DNA of 64,000 nt from NCBI GenBank assembly GCA_017987115.1, contig JAGNUG010000005.1:669-64668 (forward strand), given 5' to 3'. Positions within the stretch are counted from its first letter, which is position 1. The number at the start of each line of letters is the position of its first letter. The translations under genes were made by a program, and so were the position numbers. This DNA is from Flavobacteriales bacterium. Its GTDB lineage: Bacteria > Bacteroidota > Bacteroidia > Flavobacteriales_F > PHOS-HE28. This document shows, piece after piece, positions 42,683 to 53,313 of this stretch. The notes beneath the pieces are model-generated. The model searched no databases. It was not told the origin of the DNA and saw only the letters and a list, made by a program, of their open reading frames with translations.

Positions 42683-42886
42683 CTATTTCTTTGCTGCTGC
42701 TTTCTTTTTTGGCGCTGCCTTCTTTGCTGTAGCTGCCGGTTTCGCCGCGGCTTTCAATTGTACTGCAGCCGCAGTCAATTTTCGTGCAGTTTCGGCTTTC
42801 CGCTTGGCGCGTGTATCGCTTCTCTTGGCAACCGTCTTTCCGGTGCCGCTGTTCCCCTTGCGGAGTTTGGCTCTTTTTGTAGTCAT
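42683..42886 (-). CDS. Histone H1-like Lys/Ala-rich DNA-binding protein
   Basis: 67 aa from ATG 42886, ending ...KAAAKPAATAKKAAPKKKAAAKK. Confidence 0.55.
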   Translation of the reverse strand: MTTKRAKLRKGNSGTGKTVAKRSDTRAKRKAETARKLTAAAVQLKAAAKPAATAKKAAPKKKAAAKK

Positions 42887-43120
42887 TTTCTTCCTTGTAG
42901 GGCGGAAAGTTAGGGATAACGGAACTTGCCATGGGCCTTGTTCCGATTTTGGTATTATTTGATGGTTGTGGAACATTGGAGATGATCATGATAAATACAG
43001 AAACCAACGTTATTCCATTGAAATCGGAAGACAGACAAGGGCTTATCGAATTTTCCCAACCTTTGTGGTGGATCTTCCGTTCAATGCTTCCTCAATAAAT
43101 CATACTCTTGAGCACATACC

Positions 43121-45598
43121 ATGTCCAAAGAACCTTACTTGAAGTGGCTACACGAAGTTGAACTAAGTGATATCGAAACCGTTGGAGGCAAGAATGCCAG
43201 CCTCGGTGAGATGATCCAGAACCTTGGGCCACTCGGTGTGGAAGTGCCAGGAGGATACGTAGTTACGGTAGCTGCGTACAAGGCATTCATAGAACATAAC
43301 GTCCTGGACCAAAAGATCCGGGACATCGTTGCAGGCTTGGATGTGGATGATGTTGAGAACATACGTCGCACTGGCCTCGCTGTACGGACCTTGGTGAAGA
43401 ATGGGAAATTCCCCGAAGAGGTGTGGAAGGGGATCATGCAGCGGTACGATGAAATGTCCCAGAAATATGGGCAGGAAGCAACCGATGTAGCAGTGCGCAG
43501 TAGCGCGACGGCAGAGGATCTACCCGATGCATCCTTCGCCGGACAACAGGAGACATTCTTGAACATTCGTGGGCATCAGGACTTGATAAGCGCAGTGCGT
43601 AACTGCTTTGCATCGTTGTTCACCGATCGCGCTATCGTATACCGGGAGAGTTTGGGCTACGATCATTTCCAAGTTGGACTTTCCGTTGGTATCCAGAAAA
43701 TGGTACGCTCTGATCTTGGTGCGAGCGGTGTTGCCTTCAGCCTAGATACCGAAAGCGGTTTCAAGGATGTTGTACTGATAAATGGCAGTTACGGTCTTGG
43801 TGAAATGGTAGTACAAGGTGCCGTTAGCCCCGATGAATGGCTTGTATTCAAACCCACATTGGCCGAGGGATACACGAGCATCATCGAAAAGAAATTGGGC
43901 AGCAAAGACCGCAAAATGGTCTACGGAGTTGAGCCGGGTAAGCCTACGTCGACCATCCCGATCGAGCGCGCTCAACGGAACCGTTTCTGCGTGACCGACG
44001 ATCAAGCACTGGAGATCGCACGTAGTGTTGCGGCCATTGAAAAATATTACAGTGATAAAAAAGGCCATTGGTGTCCGATGGATGTGGAATGGGCGATCGA
44101 TGGATTGACCGGACACCTGTTCATCGTACAGGCCCGCCCGGAGACCATCCACAGTCGCAAGTCCACGGACCGGGTAGTTGAGTATAAATTGATCAATCCT
44201 GATAATGAAACACCATATGCCGATAAGAAACACCCTGTGATCACGACGGGTATAGCGATCGGGGATCGCGCAGGTGCCGGCAAAGTGCGCATTCTCTTCA
44301 GTTTGGATGGACGCGGTGGCGGTGGCGATGGAAAAGACTTTCAGCAAGGAGATGTGCTCGTTACCGATATGACCGATCCAGACTGGGAGCCGATCATGAA
44401 AAAGGCCAGTGCGATCATTACCAATAAAGGAGGACGCACCTGCCATGCAGCCATTGTTGCCCGTGAAATGGGCGTACCGGCCATTGTGGGATGTGGAAAC
44501 GTTACGGACCTCCTCGATACAGGTATGGAGGTTACTGCAAGCTGCTGCGAGGGAGATACTGGCATCATCTACAGTGGCATTATTCCGTTCCACAAAGAAG
44601 AGACCATGCTGGCCGATATGCCAGAGACCAAGACCCCGATCATGCTCAATGTAGCAAGTCCGGATCTGGCCTTTAAATTCAGCAGTTTACCGAATGCCGG
44701 CGTTGGTCTGGCTCGTGAAGAATTCATCATCAACAACTACATACAAGCGCATCCGCTGGCGTTGTTGCAGCACAAGGAATTGGGTGATGTGGCCTTGAGC
44801 GGAAAGATCAGCTACCTGATCCACGGATATGAAGATGAAGAGACCTTCTTCGTGAAAAAGCTGAGCTATGGTATTGCCAAGATCGCGAGTGCTTTCTATC
44901 CGAACAAAGTGATCGTGCGTTTCAGCGATTTCAAGAGCAATGAGTACAAGAACCTCCTAGGCGGCGAGCATTTCGAGCCGGATGAGGAGAACCCGATGAT
45001 CGGTTGGCGTGGTGCAAGTCGCTACTACAGCGAAGTATACAAGGAGGCCTTTGGTCTTGAATGCAAAGCCATTCGGCGCGTGCGCGAGAAAATGGGTTTG
45101 AAGAATGTGGTGGTGATGGTTCCTTTCTGCCGTACGGTCGAAGAACTCATATTGGTGAAAGGCGTGATGAAGGAATATGGTCTGGAACGTGGCAAAGAAG
45201 GGTTGGAACTGTTCTTAATGGCCGAGCTACCGAGCAACATCATCATGGCCGAGGAATTCAGCCAGTACATTGATGGTTTCTCGATCGGCAGCAATGACCT
45301 AACGCAGTTGACCCTTGGTCTGGACCGTGATAGTGCTTTGGTGAGCCATATCTACGATGAACGCAATCCAGCCGTAAAGCGCATGTTGAAGATGCTCATC
45401 GAAACCGCCAAACGAACTGGCACCAAAGTGGGCATTTGTGGCCAAGGCCCTTCTGACTTCCCGGATTTCGCACAGTTCCTGGTTGAGCTGGGTATCGATT
45501 CCATCAGCGTTACTCCGGATTCGTTGTTGAAGACGAAGCGTGCAATTGCTGAGGTGGAGAAGAAGATCGGGGCAAATGGGGTAAAGGTCGGAGTTTAA
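43121..45598 (+). CDS. ppsA: Phosphoenolpyruvate synthase
   Basis: 825 aa. ATP-grasp N-terminus, phosphohistidine swivel 'GGRTCHAAIVAREMGVPAIVG', and a PEP-utilising C-terminal TIM domain. Confidence 0.95.
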   Translation: MSKEPYLKWLHEVELSDIETVGGKNASLGEMIQNLGPLGVEVPGGYVVTVAAYKAFIEHNVLDQKIRDIVAGLDVDDVENIRRTGLAVRTLVKNGKFPEEVWKGIMQRYDEMSQKYGQEATDVAVRSSATAEDLPDASFAGQQETFLNIRGHQDLISAVRNCFASLFTDRAIVYRESLGYDHFQVGLSVGIQKMVRSDLGASGVAFSLDTESGFKDVVLINGSYGLGEMVVQGAVSPDEWLVFKPTLAEGYTSIIEKKLGSKDRKMVYGVEPGKPTSTIPIERAQRNRFCVTDDQALEIARSVAAIEKYYSDKKGHWCPMDVEWAIDGLTGHLFIVQARPETIHSRKSTDRVVEYKLINPDNETPYADKKHPVITTGIAIGDRAGAGKVRILFSLDGRGGGGDGKDFQQGDVLVTDMTDPDWEPIMKKASAIITNKGGRTCHAAIVAREMGVPAIVGCGNVTDLLDTGMEVTASCCEGDTGIIYSGIIPFHKEETMLADMPETKTPIMLNVASPDLAFKFSSLPNAGVGLAREEFIINNYIQAHPLALLQHKELGDVALSGKISYLIHGYEDEETFFVKKLSYGIAKIASAFYPNKVIVRFSDFKSNEYKNLLGGEHFEPDEENPMIGWRGASRYYSEVYKEAFGLECKAIRRVREKMGLKNVVVMVPFCRTVEELILVKGVMKEYGLERGKEGLELFLMAELPSNIIMAEEFSQYIDGFSIGSNDLTQLTLGLDRDSALVSHIYDERNPAVKRMLKMLIETAKRTGTKVGICGQGPSDFPDFAQFLVELGIDSISVTPDSLLKTKRAIAEVEKKIGANGVKVGV

Positions 45599-47269
45599 CT
45601 ATCCAACCACCCCAGCACGACTCCGTTTCAATTCCATCTTACGCTTGATCGTTTCAGGTAAGCCGCTCGGATCTTCCGCATCGTAGGTTCGCACCTTCTG
45701 GGTACCATCGGCTTTCAGTAACTCCTCCGGACGACATTCAAGGATAGCTGCTGCAGTGTTTACGCCGGAATATCCAGCACCGGCAACACCGTGTGACAAG
45801 ATGCTAGCACCACATAGGTAGAGGTTCTCAATCTCGCTTTTTGCTTTGTATGCAAAGGGACCGATCTGCTTGAAGATCTTCTCCGTTCCGTACACCGAAC
45901 CGTTCGTGGAGTTGATGTAATATGAGTTGGTCAACGGTGTGCCGAGTTCTTTGTGGACCACGTGCTCGCTAATGCCGGGAATTGCACGCTCCAAGGTCAT
46001 CATCATTTTCTTCATCAATGTTTCCTTGAATCGGATGTACTCCGCGGAACGTTCGATGTTTTCCCCTTTGAAATACTCGAACGATCGATGATCAATGAAG
46101 GTGATGGCCTCTATACAATGATGTTTCCCATCGAAACTGGAAGGGTCTTTCAGCGTGGTACAACTAATGAACATACCGGGAAACTCATTGCCTGTTGATA
46201 TATCCGGGCGCATCAGTTCATCATATAATTCATCCGCGTCCCTTTCATCCGTAGCGAACCAAATATTTCCTGAATCTAGGCCTGCCTTGCGCACGTCCAT
46301 ATCCACCGTTAGAAAGAGCATTAGCGACGTACATGAGTAGGTGGTCTTATCCAGCTTCTTGATCATTTTCGAGCTTAGGTTCTCGGCTCCTATCAATTTG
46401 CGGTACGTTATATCCGGATCTGCATTGCTGATCACACGTTCAGAGAACAGTTGCTCACCGGACTCCAACTCCACCCCCACCGCACGTTTCTGCTTGTCAC
46501 CTTCCAACATGATCCGCTTTACTCGTTGGCTTGTGCGCACCTCACCTCCATTGCGCTTAAGGGCATTGGTCATGGCCTTCACGATAGCACCTCCACCGCC
46601 CATAGGATAATAACCACCCCTGAAATAATGTGACATAACAGCAGCATGCAACGGAAAACTAGCTCGACCGGGAGGTAACCCATGATCACCGCATTGCACG
46701 TTCAACACATTCTTCAGCAAAGGGTCCTTGATGGATCGATCAATAACTGACTTCAGCGTGAATAGACCGTATTTTCCCAAATACCTAGTGCGCCATGGGA
46801 TGGTGATATGATCCCAGAAGCCGTTCATTTTCGGGATCAACATCAGTTGCGCGCTTACATCCCGCACGGTGTTAAGGTATTTCTTGATGTTCTTCCGCTC
46901 CTTCGGGAATCGTATCGAAAGTGACTCGACCAATTCGTCAAAACCTGCGGGAAAGTCGATGCGCTCTTTTCCTACCCAGCAATGCTCATACCCCTTCGGG
47001 TTCATGCGAAAAAAGGTCAGTTCGTTAGCAATACCCAGTCCTTCATACAATTCACTGGTCGACTCCCCTTCTCCTAGCAATCCTACATAATGCACACCAG
47101 GTGTGAACCGATGCCCGTTCAAATAGAAACTGTGGCACCAACCTCCAGGAACGTCATGCTGTTCCAACACCAATACACGTTGGCCTGCTCTGGACAAGCA
47201 AATAGCCGCTGACAACCCACCAGCACCGGAGCCGACAATTATCGTATCAAATTCAGATCGTTGTTGCAT
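45599..47269 (-). CDS. Phytoene desaturase-family NAD(P)/FAD-dependent oxidoreductase
   Basis: 556 aa from ATG 47269. 'DTIIVGSGAGGLSAA' dinucleotide-binding motif and CrtI-like length. Its stop abuts the ppsA stop. Confidence 0.8.
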   Translation of the reverse strand: MQQRSEFDTIIVGSGAGGLSAAICLSRAGQRVLVLEQHDVPGGWCHSFYLNGHRFTPGVHYVGLLGEGESTSELYEGLGIANELTFFRMNPKGYEHCWVGKERIDFPAGFDELVESLSIRFPKERKNIKKYLNTVRDVSAQLMLIPKMNGFWDHITIPWRTRYLGKYGLFTLKSVIDRSIKDPLLKNVLNVQCGDHGLPPGRASFPLHAAVMSHYFRGGYYPMGGGGAIVKAMTNALKRNGGEVRTSQRVKRIMLEGDKQKRAVGVELESGEQLFSERVISNADPDITYRKLIGAENLSSKMIKKLDKTTYSCTSLMLFLTVDMDVRKAGLDSGNIWFATDERDADELYDELMRPDISTGNEFPGMFISCTTLKDPSSFDGKHHCIEAITFIDHRSFEYFKGENIERSAEYIRFKETLMKKMMMTLERAIPGISEHVVHKELGTPLTNSYYINSTNGSVYGTEKIFKQIGPFAYKAKSEIENLYLCGASILSHGVAGAGYSGVNTAAAILECRPEELLKADGTQKVRTYDAEDPSGLPETIKRKMELKRSRAGVVG

Positions 47270-47425
47270 TCTTCGAAGCCACAAAAGACCTCGTAATGCA
47301 ACAAATGTTGCGATGCCTTTATTGGGTTATGGGTAAAGATCGGGGTTATTGACCAAATTGGGCAATTCTTGTTGCTACGTGCTGAACAGGTCAAACCTTT
47401 TCTTTGTAGCATTCCATTCGCACTT

Positions 47426-47953
47426 ATGATCAAGCTCCCCGTCCCATCCCTGAACAAACTAACCACTGAACGGTTGGTATTCCGAACTCCTACAATGGAG
47501 GATCGTTCATGGTGGATGGAATTCATCAATAGCAAGAAGGCGCTGCAGTTCCTGGGTTTGAAGGTCGGTGACCCTGCATCATGCACATTCTTTATTCAAA
47601 AGAGCCTGGATCGTATACCACGCGATGGTACGTGCTTGAATGCTGTGATCGAACACGCCACAGGAAAGCCTGTTGGTATGGTCGGGTTACTCACACAAGA
47701 AGTAGAGGGAGTATTGGAATTGGAGATCGGGTACCACATGCTACCATCCGCTTGGGGAATGGGCTACGCGAAGGAAGCGGCTGTGGCTTGTAAAGTTTTT
47801 GCTGCTGAGAACAAGCTGGCTTCATCTGTCATCTCACTGATCGATCCAACCAATTTCGCAAGCCAAGCTGTGGCCAAGCACAATGGGATGGTGTACGAAC
47901 GCAAGGTGATCTTTCGGAATGAAGAACTGTTCCTTTTCAGAACGAAGATCTAA
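47426..47953 (+). CDS. GNAT family N-acetyltransferase (RimJ/RimL-like)
   Basis: 175 aa from ATG 47426. 'LTTERLVFR' start and 'WGMGYAKEA' motif A region. Confidence 0.7.
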   Translation: MIKLPVPSLNKLTTERLVFRTPTMEDRSWWMEFINSKKALQFLGLKVGDPASCTFFIQKSLDRIPRDGTCLNAVIEHATGKPVGMVGLLTQEVEGVLELEIGYHMLPSAWGMGYAKEAAVACKVFAAENKLASSVISLIDPTNFASQAVAKHNGMVYERKVIFRNEELFLFRTKI

Positions 47954-48048
47954 GTCTTAGGCTGCCGACCTTACTAAAAAGCATGTAGTCAGGCATGCAC
48001 CGATAATCCGACCACGTACTGATCAACTTAACTTGTGCCTCTTGAACC

Positions 48049-48387
48049 ATGAGCAAAACCTATTACGACCCAGCCGATCTCAAGAAGTTCGGCAATATCA
48101 CGGAGTTCCAGAAGGAGCTTGGTGAGAAGTTCTTCGACTATTACGGCGATGTGTTCAAGGAAGGAGCACTTACAGCGCGCGAGAAATCGTTGATCGCATT
48201 GGCTGTATCCCATACCGTTCAATGTCCGTATTGTATCGATGCATACACGACCGATACCATAGAAAAGGGATGTAGTGAAGCCCAAATGATGGAGGCCGTA
48301 CACGTGGCAGCTGCCATTCGTGGAGGAGCGTCTTTGGTACACGGTGTTCAAATGATGAACAAAGCAAAAGCCATGGTAGGTGGATGA
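48049..48387 (+). CDS. AhpD-like / carboxymuconolactone decarboxylase family protein (rSAM/selenodomain- or arsenosugar-associated type)
   Basis: 112 aa. 'ALAVSHTVQCPYCIDAY' CxxC motif of the AhpD fold. Overlaps the next gene by 4 nt. Confidence 0.8.
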   Translation: MSKTYYDPADLKKFGNITEFQKELGEKFFDYYGDVFKEGALTAREKSLIALAVSHTVQCPYCIDAYTTDTIEKGCSEAQMMEAVHVAAAIRGGASLVHGVQMMNKAKAMVGG

Positions 48388-49424
48388 AGAGCCTATTGGC
48401 AACACATCATCCGCTTAGTGCGACGGTACAGCAACGAAAGGTCTTGGAGGACGGCTCTCTGGGTCTTCCCTATTTCGCTCCTAACCTGAAAGATGCTGGG
48501 CTTCCTGTTCTGGATGCCAATGGGCTGGATGTGCTCCAAGTGAATCTTGGGCGTATGTGCAACCAAACATGCACGCATTGCCATGTGGATGCTGGACCGG
48601 ACAGAAAGGAGAAGATCTCTCGTGCGATCCTGGAAGATTGTCTAACGGCTATCAAAGCACATAACATCAGCACGGTTGACCTTACCGGTGGTGCGCCGGA
48701 AATGCATCCTGATTTCCGATGGTTCGTTGAGCAATGTTCGGAGCTTGGCAAACATGTTATGGTCCGGTGTAATCTTACGATCATCCTGGCCAACAAGAAA
48801 TATCACGACCTTCCGGAATTCTACAAGAAACATAAGGTTGAAGTGGTAAGTTCCCTACCCTTTTTCACAGCGGATCGCACCGATCGCCAACGTGGAAAAG
48901 GGGTCTTCGAGCATTCCATTGAGGCATTGAAGATGCTGAACTCCGTAGGCTACGGCATGGAAAGGAGTGGACTGAAACTGGACCTTGTGTACAATCCAGC
49001 TGGTGCATTCCTACCGGGATCACAAACCGAATTGAAGGCTCAATTCAAACGCTCATTGATGAACGATCATGGCATTGTTTTCAATGATCTGTTCGCGATC
49101 ACCAACTTGCCGATCAGTCGTTTCTTGGAGCACTTGGTGCGAACGGATCAGTATCAGGAATACATGGAAAAACTGGTGAATGCCTTCAACCCACAAGCGG
49201 TAGACGGGGTGATGTGCCGGAACATGATCTCTGTCAGTCATGATGGAAATATCTACGACTGTGACTTCAATCAGATGTTGGACCTACCCTTAACAGCCGG
49301 AATGCCGAAGCACATTTCGGATCTGGCTTCTGCCAACGTGATCGGTCGACAGATCGCTACAGGTCGGCATTGTTTCGGATGCACTGCTGGCGCGGGCAGT
49401 AGCTGCGGCGGTGCCACTGTGTGA
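48384..49424 (+). CDS. arsS: Radical SAM/Cys-rich domain protein (ArsS-type)
   Basis: 346 aa. 'CNQTCTHCH' CxxxCxxC cluster and a C-terminal Cys-rich 'HCFGCTAGAGSSCGG' tail. Confidence 0.8.
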   Translation: MKSLLATHHPLSATVQQRKVLEDGSLGLPYFAPNLKDAGLPVLDANGLDVLQVNLGRMCNQTCTHCHVDAGPDRKEKISRAILEDCLTAIKAHNISTVDLTGGAPEMHPDFRWFVEQCSELGKHVMVRCNLTIILANKKYHDLPEFYKKHKVEVVSSLPFFTADRTDRQRGKGVFEHSIEALKMLNSVGYGMERSGLKLDLVYNPAGAFLPGSQTELKAQFKRSLMNDHGIVFNDLFAITNLPISRFLEHLVRTDQYQEYMEKLVNAFNPQAVDGVMCRNMISVSHDGNIYDCDFNQMLDLPLTAGMPKHISDLASANVIGRQIATGRHCFGCTAGAGSSCGGATV

Positions 49425-50032
49425 TGGGACCGTTATTGATCGTATTCTTTCGGAAACCTGAGCTTGGGAAGGTCAAAACCCGTCTGGCTGCTACCGTGGG
49501 TGCAGGAAAAGCGTTGGAAGTTTACGATAGTCTTCTTAGCCATACTCTTGGTGTCACAGGATCATTGCGCTGTATAAAGCAAGCATGGTATACCGGTGAA
49601 GACACGGTTGACGATATCGTTGCGCCTTATGGATTTACGACTCACATGCAACGCGGTGTCGATCTTGGTGAGCGTATGTTGAACGCATTTGCAAACGGAT
49701 TCAGGGCTGGCCATTCTCCTGTGGTTATCATTGGTACGGACTGCCCTGGAATATCAACGGAGATCATCTCTGAAGCATTTGATTCGTTGACCACGAACGA
49801 CGCGGTAATAGGTCCCGCTCGCGATGGTGGCTACTATTTGTTCGGTCTGAACGCACAATTGGACCAGGTCTTCCAGACCAAGACATGGAGTACAGCCTGT
49901 GTTGCTCGTGAAACGCTGGATGACCTTGAGCACCACAACAAGCGTGTACACTTACTTCAAGAGCTGATCGATGTGGATACAGAAAAGGACTTGATCGACA
50001 CAAATTGGGACTGCAGGACCGATATCAAATGA
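49421..50032 (+). CDS. DUF2064-type transferase (rSAM/selenodomain-associated transferase 1-like)
   Basis: 203 aa. 'FFRKPELGKVKTRLA', 'VIIGTDCPG' and 'GPARDGGYYLFG' blocks. 4-nt overlap with the upstream gene. Confidence 0.75.
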   Translation: MMGPLLIVFFRKPELGKVKTRLAATVGAGKALEVYDSLLSHTLGVTGSLRCIKQAWYTGEDTVDDIVAPYGFTTHMQRGVDLGERMLNAFANGFRAGHSPVVIIGTDCPGISTEIISEAFDSLTTNDAVIGPARDGGYYLFGLNAQLDQVFQTKTWSTACVARETLDDLEHHNKRVHLLQELIDVDTEKDLIDTNWDCRTDIK

Positions 50033-50136
50033 CCAGGTCATCCTGACCGTAAGAAACGTTTATCCAAAATGCACGTATTTTGTTAAGACGATGGTTGCGT
50101 TATGATCGCGTGGACATCGGTGATATCGAACTATTC

Positions 50137-51609
50137 ATGCATAGACTTGGCCTACTGATATGCGCATTGTGTTTGGCGACAAGTGCATCTGCACAGGACT
50201 ATACAACACCTGAGCAATACCAATTCAGCGTAGATAGCAACTTGGTATATGGTATCGCGACCAATTATACCGGTGTCTTGGACACGCTGGAACTTGACCT
50301 GTACAAACCCTTAGGTAATACCGACAATGAGCGTCCTCTTCTTGTTCTTGTGCATGGAGGCGCTTGGGTAGGTGGTTGTAAGAATGCACCAGGATCCGGT
50401 GTAGTTGCGCTTGCGCGCGAATTTGTAGGACGGGGATATGTAGTTGCGAGCGTCAATTATCGGTTGGGCTGGCACAAGGATGACTTTGTTCAGAACCCGG
50501 CGGGACCTCCTACTTGGCCTGTTGAATATGGTGCACTCTATGCCCCGGATTCGTTGGAGCTGAAGCGCGCGTTATACCGCGGGCAACAAGATGTAAAAGG
50601 CGCCATCCGGTGGTTAAAGCAACGTGCATCGCTGGACAGCGTTTGTGTGGACAAGGTATTCCTGGGGGGTGAAAGCGCTGGCGGATTTACTGCGTTGGCA
50701 GCGGCATTCATGGATCGGGATGAAGAAAAACCAATTAGCTGTTACGCCATTCCAGATGCCCCTGATCCAGATCCGAACTTGTTGAACGGCACTACTTTTC
50801 AGTGCATCCTTCGTACGTATGCCACTCCCCCGTCCGCTTTGCTACGACCAGATCTTGGCCCAGTGCAAGGAACCTTGAATCAGAATGGCTACGATGCACG
50901 TGTGTGTGGTGTTGCGAATTTGTTCGGAGGTGTTCCATATGATGCTTTCGATCTCGATTGGTGGCAAGGTGTCGATACCCCTATCGTTTATATGTATCAT
51001 CAGACCTGCGATGGAATTGTGCTCTTCAACAAAGGGCGGCCGTTCCAGACCATTTCCAGTCAATGCAACTTGGGTAATACGCCATGGCATTCCAACCAAC
51101 CCATCATGTACGGTAGCAACGCGATCAAGAATGCCTTCGACGCCATGGATGATCCACCGGAACACATCACCGAATTCGCTTTTTGCGATCCATTCTTGAC
51201 CGACCTTGCGTTGTTCGAGTGTATTCGATATGGGAACAATGGTTCTTATCACTTTTTAGGCAACCCTGCATTACGAGCTGTGAATATTGCGTCTTATTTC
51301 GATCCGGTCGCAAGTGGGCCGACGTCGTGTGTGAATACAAGTAATAACGAAATCGTTTCCCAAATTGGACCAATTATCTATCCACAACCTGCCCAAGATC
51401 ATCTCCACGTTCAACATCCGGATCTAGTCGGGAATGTTACCATCAGATTGATCACGTTGGACGGGCGTACCGTTCTTGTAACGGATCCAAAAACAGCTAT
51501 AGGGAGCATTGATCTGGAGCTTCCGGAGCAGATCATGAACGGAAACTACATCCTACTCCTTAGCTCCACAGTAACTACACAAGTTTTACGTGTTCTGATC
51601 GCACGGTAA
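50137..51609 (+). CDS. Secreted alpha/beta-hydrolase (esterase) with T9SS C-terminal domain
   Basis: 490 aa from ATG 50137. Signal peptide, 'LVLVHGGAW' oxyanion block, 'GGESAGG' nucleophile elbow, and a C-terminal sorting domain. Confidence 0.75.
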   Translation: MHRLGLLICALCLATSASAQDYTTPEQYQFSVDSNLVYGIATNYTGVLDTLELDLYKPLGNTDNERPLLVLVHGGAWVGGCKNAPGSGVVALAREFVGRGYVVASVNYRLGWHKDDFVQNPAGPPTWPVEYGALYAPDSLELKRALYRGQQDVKGAIRWLKQRASLDSVCVDKVFLGGESAGGFTALAAAFMDRDEEKPISCYAIPDAPDPDPNLLNGTTFQCILRTYATPPSALLRPDLGPVQGTLNQNGYDARVCGVANLFGGVPYDAFDLDWWQGVDTPIVYMYHQTCDGIVLFNKGRPFQTISSQCNLGNTPWHSNQPIMYGSNAIKNAFDAMDDPPEHITEFAFCDPFLTDLALFECIRYGNNGSYHFLGNPALRAVNIASYFDPVASGPTSCVNTSNNEIVSQIGPIIYPQPAQDHLHVQHPDLVGNVTIRLITLDGRTVLVTDPKTAIGSIDLELPEQIMNGNYILLLSSTVTTQVLRVLIAR

Positions 51610-52275
51610 GAACATAGCTCATCATTCGGCATTCATCCCGATCCAATGCTCACGAACACTTACCTATCGTGGTGAAGGAGATCGCAGACTGCTTTACGCC
51701 GATACCATTATCGCCTCCATCAACGGATCAGCTGCGTTCGGCTCTTACAGCCACTCGAATATAAAATTCGCTCCACTTACACCCTATTATCGATAAACCT
51801 GTTGTGTTTCCATCGGTCGAATAAGAACCGTTCTAGAGAATTAAGTTCGGATAAGTACCCCTTCAGTATTGTAATAATTGGCCGTCATCAGGTACATCGA
51901 TCGTCAACATTGGGGTTATGGCTACTGGCTGTTGCGGTGAAGGAACGAACCTCCGCCTAATGACACACATGGATCTCTGAATGGATGAAAAGAAATGGTT
52001 GGCCCTTTTCAATGCGGCTTCTATCGATCTGCGGAACAGTATGACCCTTCCATATTTCTGGGTCGATCGAAATCATTTTCCGATAGGGACGGCAAGAATT
52101 GGCTAGTTCTGCAATGCTGCAAACCAACAATATTCCGTAAAGGACGTGTTTTGAACTCCTGCCTAACAGATGCTTTTCGGATCAGTTCTAAGGGTATTCA
52201 GCACGATATATGGAGATGGTAAAAGTTGATCGTACCAATCGCCCAAGCAATTAGGCAAAAATCGGCGTAATACCT

Positions 52276-53313
52276 TTGCATGTGCCCGAAAAGCTATCCA
52301 TAAAGGATTTCATTGCGACCAAGTCGCGGATCATCGATGTTCGATCCCCTGCTGAATTTTCACAAGGACATATTCCAGGTGCGCACAATATGCCCCTTTT
52401 CTCCAATGAAGAACGCGCAATAATTGGTACACTCTACAAACAGAAAAGTCGGGATGCGGCCATGCTGGAAGGATTGCGGATCGTTGGTCCGAAAATGGCA
52501 CCTATGGTTGAAGAGGCCCGTGATCTTGCGATCGATGGACGTGTTGCCGTGCATTGTTGGCGCGGTGGAGAGCGGAGCGCTAGTGTAGCATGGCTCATGG
52601 AAAAAGCTGGGTTTGCGGATGTGGTGACACTTACCGGAGGCTATAAAGCTTTCAGGAACCATGTACTCAGGTCGTTCGAGAACAGATATGACCTGCGCAT
52701 TCTAAGTGGATACACCGGCACTGGAAAAACCGAACTGCTCGGACACTTGAAAGAACTTGGTCAACAAATAGTGGATCTTGAAGACTTGGCTAATCACAAG
52801 GGCAGCAGCTACGGTGCAATTGGAGAAGATCCGCAGCCAAGTACTGAGCAATTCGAGAATTTACTTTGGTCCGCGTTGCAGGAGGTCGACATGAAAAGAC
52901 CGCTCTGGGTAGAGGATGAAAGCCAAATGATCGGAACGGTTAAGATCCCGGATCCATTCTTCGCACAGGTCCGCAACGCATTCTGCTACTTTGCCGATAT
53001 GCCGCGCGAAGAACGTGCAGCTAGATTGGTCGGATCATATGGCAAGTACCCTAAGGCAGAATTGGCAGCTGCGACCAAGCGGATCGAAAAAAGGCTTGGT
53101 CCACAACATTGCAGGACGGCTTTGGAAGCTCTGGAAAATGGCGATCTACATAGCGTTGCCATGATCACACTGACATACTATGACAAGACCTATCTCCACG
53201 GATTACGTAAACGAGATGCATCCCGAATTGTGCGAGAAACAGCCTCATTCGTGAACATGAAGGCAATAGCTGAGCAAGCCATAAAAGCACATGGAGAACC
53301 GATCAATAACTGA
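52276..53313 (+). CDS. selU: tRNA 2-selenouridine synthase
   Basis: 345 aa (TTG start; GTG at 52282 is an alternative). Rhodanese 'IIDVRSPAEFSQGHIPGAHNMPL', 'HCWRGGERS' and P-loop 'GYTGTGKT'. Confidence 0.85.
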   Translation: MHVPEKLSIKDFIATKSRIIDVRSPAEFSQGHIPGAHNMPLFSNEERAIIGTLYKQKSRDAAMLEGLRIVGPKMAPMVEEARDLAIDGRVAVHCWRGGERSASVAWLMEKAGFADVVTLTGGYKAFRNHVLRSFENRYDLRILSGYTGTGKTELLGHLKELGQQIVDLEDLANHKGSSYGAIGEDPQPSTEQFENLLWSALQEVDMKRPLWVEDESQMIGTVKIPDPFFAQVRNAFCYFADMPREERAARLVGSYGKYPKAELAAATKRIEKRLGPQHCRTALEALENGDLHSVAMITLTYYDKTYLHGLRKRDASRIVRETASFVNMKAIAEQAIKAHGEPINN

